From assembly GCA_963666205.1 (NCBI GenBank), contig OY762654.1, positions 960,001 through 1,024,000 of the forward strand: 64,000 nt of DNA. Reading direction: 5' to 3'. The position numbers were made by a program, and so were the translations under genes. This stretch comes from Synergistales bacterium (GTDB taxonomy: Bacteria > Synergistota > Synergistia > Synergistales > JAFGMB01). Shown one piece after another: positions 59,553 through 64,000 of the stretch. Position 1 is the stretch's first letter, and the number at the start of each line of letters is the position of its first letter. The notes beneath the pieces are model-generated. The model made no database searches. It had not been told where the DNA came from and was given only the letters and a program-made list of their open reading frames with translations.

Positions 59553-60782
59553 TTAACCTGCAAGCCTTATTACAGCTCCAAGGATCATTTCCGCACCCCT
59601 GGCTACCTGATCATAATCGGTCCACTCTTCAGGACAGTGACTTTTACCATTTCTGCTTGGAACAAATATCATTCCAACCGGCGCTACCCTGGCCATCACC
59701 ATGGCATCATGGCCCGCACCACTCGGCATTACATGGGTGGAAATATTCTTTTCTGCTGCAACCTCCTGGAATATGGACATTATCCCGGGATCTATACTGA
59801 CGGGAGAGACGGCAAGGCGTTCTTCCCATGAAAAAGCAAGTCCCCCGGAAGAGCAGATCTCCTCGAGGAATTTTTTTATTTCAGAAGCGGCAGTTTCAAT
59901 AACCGGCTCGGAACTGTCACGAAGATCTATGCTGAACTGCACTTCCCCCGGGACGATGTTAAAGGCCCCCGGCCTGACATTCACCATTCCCACCGTGGCC
60001 ACTGTTCCCTTACCGGCCCTTCTGGCTATGGCGTCGATCTCGGAGATCACCCTGCTGGCTCCCACCAGGGCATCCCTTCTGAAATCCATGGGGGTGGTTC
60101 CGGCGTGATCTGCCTTACCCTTTACCGTTACGAAGAAAGTCCTTATCCCCACGATAGACTCGACTATGCCTACGTCACAGCCATTCTGTTCCAGAACTGG
60201 CCCCTGCTCTATATGTAATTCCAGAAAAGCCTTTATGCTGCCTGGCTCCCGCCTGGCCTTACCAACGCATGCAGGATCGAGTCCGAAGGATTCCATGGCT
60301 TCAGCCTTTGTTATTCCCAGGGAATCGGTTCCCTTATATATTTCATCTTCAGATACAATACCTGCCATAGCCCTGCTTCCCCAGACCCCTGAGCCAAAAC
60401 GGCCCCCTTCTTCCTCCGTCATCACGACCATTTCCAGGGGATTGACAGTTTCCATGCCCTCTTCATTTATGATCCTCAAGGCCTCCAGGGCCGAAATAAC
60501 ACCGGCTGGACCGTCAAAAGCACCTCCGTTGACAACTGAATCTATGTGGGAACCGAACATGACCACAGGGGCATCCTTCAGAGTGCCTTCCCTTCTTCCG
60601 AAGAGATTGCCGGCATTATCCTGATATATTTCAAGACCTGCGGCCTCCATCTCTTTCCGCAGATATTCCCTTGCCCGACTCTCTTCAGCACTGAAAGCAA
60701 GCCTCGTAACTCCTTCTCCCGGGGTTGACGTTATCCCGGCCAGAAATTCCAGATCTTTTCTTATTCTATCGACTCTCACCAT
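59553..60782 (-). CDS. M20 family Zn amidohydrolase (allantoate amidohydrolase / N-carbamoylase / beta-ureidopropionase type)
   Basis: GSHIDS...GAFDG, EEGGRF, ELHIEQGP, HAGTTPM, SGAGHDA and SHCPEE motifs. Confidence 0.93.
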   Translation of the reverse strand: MVRVDRIRKDLEFLAGITSTPGEGVTRLAFSAEESRAREYLRKEMEAAGLEIYQDNAGNLFGRREGTLKDAPVVMFGSHIDSVVNGGAFDGPAGVISALEALRIINEEGMETVNPLEMVVMTEEEGGRFGSGVWGSRAMAGIVSEDEIYKGTDSLGITKAEAMESFGLDPACVGKARREPGSIKAFLELHIEQGPVLEQNGCDVGIVESIVGIRTFFVTVKGKADHAGTTPMDFRRDALVGASRVISEIDAIARRAGKGTVATVGMVNVRPGAFNIVPGEVQFSIDLRDSSEPVIETAASEIKKFLEEICSSGGLAFSWEERLAVSPVSIDPGIMSIFQEVAAEKNISTHVMPSGAGHDAMVMARVAPVGMIFVPSRNGKSHCPEEWTDYDQVARGAEMILGAVIRLAG

Positions 60783-60945
60783 GGAAATACCTCCCTTGTA
60801 AAAACATTATTGCCTCATGGTACGATGCTGGAAATTTTTTAAAAGCATAGCAGAAAACACTTCATAACAACAGTCAGACAACTATCTCAATTAAAAAGGG
60901 GTATGCCCCGGGAGGACATACCCCTTCCTCTCTTCATATATTGAA

Positions 60946-62436
60946 TTATTTATTGCAACCGGCCCATTGGCGACTGCATCCTTCACATGTTGCGGGAAGA
61001 TGTTTTCTCGCCTTTTCAAGGGTATAGGGATCTTCTTCCCTTTCTAGACTTTTCCAGTACCTGGATCTCCAGCTTTTATCCCATACAGGATCGTAAATAG
61101 TCTTAAGTTCCTCAGCATACCTGTCGAGACCCTCTGCCACTTTTCCCTCCAGCATTGCCTCAAGACCGGGATGACAGGGTCTGGCGCCATATTTCCCGAC
61201 AAGGTCTCTCAATACTTCCGGATGATCTATGATCATGCACGGACGAAGAAGATCATCATCTTCGTAGGGCTGGGATTCCCGAATGGCTTTAAAAAAGGGA
61301 CTGGCCGCTATTTCGGAGATGCTCTTTTCCTTTACGTTATCCACAGCAAAGGGAACGAAGACACAGGGCTCGACCATTCCGTTGTGAATGACATGCCAGT
61401 ATCTTCTTCCACCAGCCATGCATCCGTCCACGTATGGACCGTCATTCCAGAAATCTCCAAAGAGGATGGGATAGTCTCTGCTCTCTCTCCAGCCGGCGAC
61501 CTTCTCTCTCAGTTTATTACGCTGAAGGGGAGATGCCATGTATGAAAGATCAGGTTTCGCACCAATGGGTATGTACTGGAAGATCCAGCCGAAGGTGCAT
61601 CCATGATCTATCATTCGGGAAATAAAATCATCGCTGGCAATATAGTCAGCATTCACATTGGTGTAAGTTGCACTGAAACCATATACCATTCCTCTTTCCT
61701 TCATCAGGGAATAGGCATTTGTCATTTTTTCATATACACCAGGACCCCTCCTGGAATCTGTATGTTCCTTTGTACCCTCAATGGAGATCATGGGTGCCAC
61801 GTTGCCCAGCTCAGCCAGACGATCCACAGTCTCCACGGTCAGAAGGGTCCCGTTTGTATAAAACTGGAAGTAACAGTCATTGTGTTTCTTCAGGAGTTCA
61901 AAGATGCGTGGGTAAAGGAGGACTTCCCCTCCGCTTAAAGTATAAAAATACATCCCCAGGGATTTCCCTTCCTCAAGCAGCCTGTCGAAGACCTCATAGG
62001 GAAGGTCCTGATCCTGGTCATATTCCGCGGCATAACAGCCCTTACAGTGCAGATTACACTTCATGGTAGGACTTATGACCATGAAATTCGGAAGATGAAC
62101 ACCCAGTTCCCTGGACTTTCTGTCCCTGATCCCCCTTCCCATGACCATGAAATTCACAAATACGTTCTGCATAAACTTCTGCAGACAATTTGGACTGATC
62201 TCTCTGATCATCCTGAGGAAGGGCTGAGCGAAGGGATCATCATTTCTGATCTTTCCGGCAAGAAGCTTGAAACTTTCCCTGTGATATTTAGCCGGAGCTA
62301 TCTTTGCCAGTGATTCAAAGAGATCCGCCACTTCTCCGGATTCTCCCCTTCGGATCCTGTCCGCTATCCGGTTGACGATCTTCAGGGTAAGATACCCTTT
62401 TGTCCTGTCAATCAAGGAAACAGTCAATATTTTCAC
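60946..62436 (-). CDS. Radical SAM protein with a C-terminal SPASM/twitch-like region
   Basis: CNLHCKGC, SGGE, TNG and GCMAGG...VEPCVF...PCMIID motifs. Confidence 0.92.
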   Translation of the reverse strand: MKILTVSLIDRTKGYLTLKIVNRIADRIRRGESGEVADLFESLAKIAPAKYHRESFKLLAGKIRNDDPFAQPFLRMIREISPNCLQKFMQNVFVNFMVMGRGIRDRKSRELGVHLPNFMVISPTMKCNLHCKGCYAAEYDQDQDLPYEVFDRLLEEGKSLGMYFYTLSGGEVLLYPRIFELLKKHNDCYFQFYTNGTLLTVETVDRLAELGNVAPMISIEGTKEHTDSRRGPGVYEKMTNAYSLMKERGMVYGFSATYTNVNADYIASDDFISRMIDHGCTFGWIFQYIPIGAKPDLSYMASPLQRNKLREKVAGWRESRDYPILFGDFWNDGPYVDGCMAGGRRYWHVIHNGMVEPCVFVPFAVDNVKEKSISEIAASPFFKAIRESQPYEDDDLLRPCMIIDHPEVLRDLVGKYGARPCHPGLEAMLEGKVAEGLDRYAEELKTIYDPVWDKSWRSRYWKSLEREEDPYTLEKARKHLPATCEGCSRQWAGCNK

Positions 62437-62486
62437 CCCTTCTTCTCAAAATATCGAACTCGGGAAAATGATCTCATGCTGCAGTT

Positions 62487-63203
62487 TTAACTTTCCCGGG
62501 CAATTTTGTTTCTGTAGACTTCGCTGGTAGTCCTGACTATATTTTCAAGGTGTTTCTCCATGATCCCTGATGCCTTTTCAGGATCTCCCCTCCTTACTGC
62601 CTCGAGGATCCGCCCATGGTAATCAAGGGTTATCTCTATCTGGCTGATCTTTTCGTATTGGCTCTCGTTCGATTCTTCCAGCAGTTCCCGGACAGGCTCG
62701 ATCATTTTTCGAAAAAAACTGTTCTGGCATGCTTCGGCAAGGGCCATATGAAAAGTGACATCAGCCTTAATGAATTTTTTTCTATCCCCCTGGTGTTTAA
62801 CCTCTTCATCGTAGATCTTTTCAAGGTATCTGATCTGTTCCGGCGATGCACGTTCTGCTGCCAGGGACACAATGGCGACTTCGAGAAATTTTCTGGCCTC
62901 AAGCAGTTCCATGAGGGTGAACTGTTTCAAGAGGTAGGAAGTTTTCACCTGGTCCGAAAGGAGATTTATATCCTGCATGAGGTATGCACCGTCGTTCATT
63001 CTTATCTCCAGGATCCCCATGTACTGAAGGGCTCTAAGGGCTTCTCTGACAGTTGCCCTGCTCACTGAAAAAAGATCTGCAAGGGCCCGTTCGGAGGGGA
63101 GTTTCTCCCCCGGGGTCAGATCACCTGCGGTTATACTGTTTTTGATCTGGTCTATTACCTGTTCGCATATGGTCTTTTTATTCACTCTCTCAAACATTGG
63201 CAT
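62487..63203 (-). CDS. GntR/FadR family transcriptional regulator
   Basis: LPSERAL...VSRATVREAL; FCD domain (EAR..LE, D..FH, H..I). Confidence 0.95.
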   Translation of the reverse strand: MPMFERVNKKTICEQVIDQIKNSITAGDLTPGEKLPSERALADLFSVSRATVREALRALQYMGILEIRMNDGAYLMQDINLLSDQVKTSYLLKQFTLMELLEARKFLEVAIVSLAAERASPEQIRYLEKIYDEEVKHQGDRKKFIKADVTFHMALAEACQNSFFRKMIEPVRELLEESNESQYEKISQIEITLDYHGRILEAVRRGDPEKASGIMEKHLENIVRTTSEVYRNKIARES

Positions 63204-63245
63204 TTTTCTACACCTGCCTGCAGGATTTTACTGGTCTGCTGGACT

Positions 63246-63296
63246 ATTGGTCTTACCAATTAACTGAATGATATGACCCATCTCTATTCATGTCAA
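63246..63296 (-). promoter_or_regulatory. Promoter with a FadR-type palindromic operator
   Basis: TTGACA-N17-TATCAT (63296 to 63268); ATTGGT-CTT-ACCAAT palindrome at 63246-63260. Confidence 0.75.
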
Positions 63297-63487
63297 CTAT
63301 CTACCTTATCGCTCTGGAGAACACCCGGTTAAAGACACTGCTTCAGATACAGATAACCCCTTAAAGATCACATTTACTCATTCCTGCTTCCATTTTCCAG
63401 GATATTCTTGAATTTTTATCGTTTTAACTTGTCAGCGTAAATGTGGTAAGCTGATCTTACAGGAGAGATGCAGAAGGAGGCGATCCT

Positions 63488-63970
63488 ATGGAAGAAGGAA
63501 GTCAGGCCGGACCCGTAATAAAGGAAATAGCGGCTCTGCTGGAAAAACAGAAACTTGCCGTACTGGCCACCGAAGGAGAAGCTGGACCCTATACCAATAT
63601 CGTTTCTTACACTTTTTCAGATGATCTGAGAGACATATTTTTTGCTACCACCAGGGCCACAAGAAAATATTCCAATATAAGTTCCCACAACATGGTATCC
63701 ATGCTTGTCGATAATAGAACGAACACGGTTGACGACCTTTTTAAGGCAAAGGCAGTCACTGCCATCGGTAGATCAGAGGAACTCGGGGAAGAAGAAAAGG
63801 ATCTGGCCCTTTCCCTTATGACAGCAAGGCATCCCTACCTTGAAGATTTTCTCTCTTCTCCCACCACCGCAACCATAAAGATCCGTGTACACAGGTATAT
63901 CCTTGTGAGCCATTTCCAGAACGTCAGGGAAGTGATCTTTCATGATGAAAATGATAATACCCCTAGCTGA
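63488..63970 (+). CDS. Pyridoxamine 5'-phosphate oxidase-like FMN-binding split-barrel protein
   Basis: LAVLAT...PY, FFAT...TRKY.NI and VSMLVD motifs; SD AAGGAGG. Confidence 0.88.
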   Translation: MEEGSQAGPVIKEIAALLEKQKLAVLATEGEAGPYTNIVSYTFSDDLRDIFFATTRATRKYSNISSHNMVSMLVDNRTNTVDDLFKAKAVTAIGRSEELGEEEKDLALSLMTARHPYLEDFLSSPTTATIKIRVHRYILVSHFQNVREVIFHDENDNTPS

Positions 63971-64000
63971 GATAACAGCGGAAGATCGTCCCCTGACCGG
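63942..64000 (+). CDS. Start of a CDS cut by the window edge, possibly a PEP/pyruvate-binding (PEP synthase-like) protein
   Basis: MMKMIIPLAEITAEDRPLTG... resembles the N-terminus preceding the GGK motif; only about 20 codons visible. Confidence 0.4.
   Translation, partial: MMKMIIPLAEITAEDRPLT

Noticed and set aside
1-64000. CRISPR arrays, IS elements, prophage, tRNA/rRNA
   Set aside because: No periodic repeats, transposase/integrase motifs or structural RNA signatures seen by manual reading

Overview
Chromosomal window from an anaerobic, amino-acid-fermenting bacterium; gene content and style suggest Synergistota (inference). No mobile element, CRISPR array, rRNA or tRNA was recognised. 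Main blocks: (1) an operon with two xanthine-dehydrogenase-family molybdoenzymes, an SsnA-like amidohydrolase, a DHOD-like flavoprotein and an MBL hydrolase; (2) metK under a SAM-I riboswitch, class II nrdJ with tandem NrdR boxes, crcB under a fluoride riboswitch, a tungsten AOR, a frameshifted malY/patB and many transporters; (3) a glycine-reductase-family cluster with two UGA-recoded selenoproteins, grdX, a catalytically degenerate ProRS paralogue that keeps its editing domain, an SNF transporter and a divergent CdaR regulator; (4) panF/panC/panD, a GGDEF/HD-GYP pair, an M20 hydrolase and a FadR + radical SAM pair. The most striking hidden element is a complete ilvL-like Leu/Val/Ile leader-peptide attenuator (about 32565-32788, minus strand) that precedes only a small ORF of unknown function rather than an ilv/leu operon. 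Start codons were adjusted from the ORF track where a better Shine-Dalgarno (SD) sequence was visible. All homology calls come from motif recognition, not database searches.
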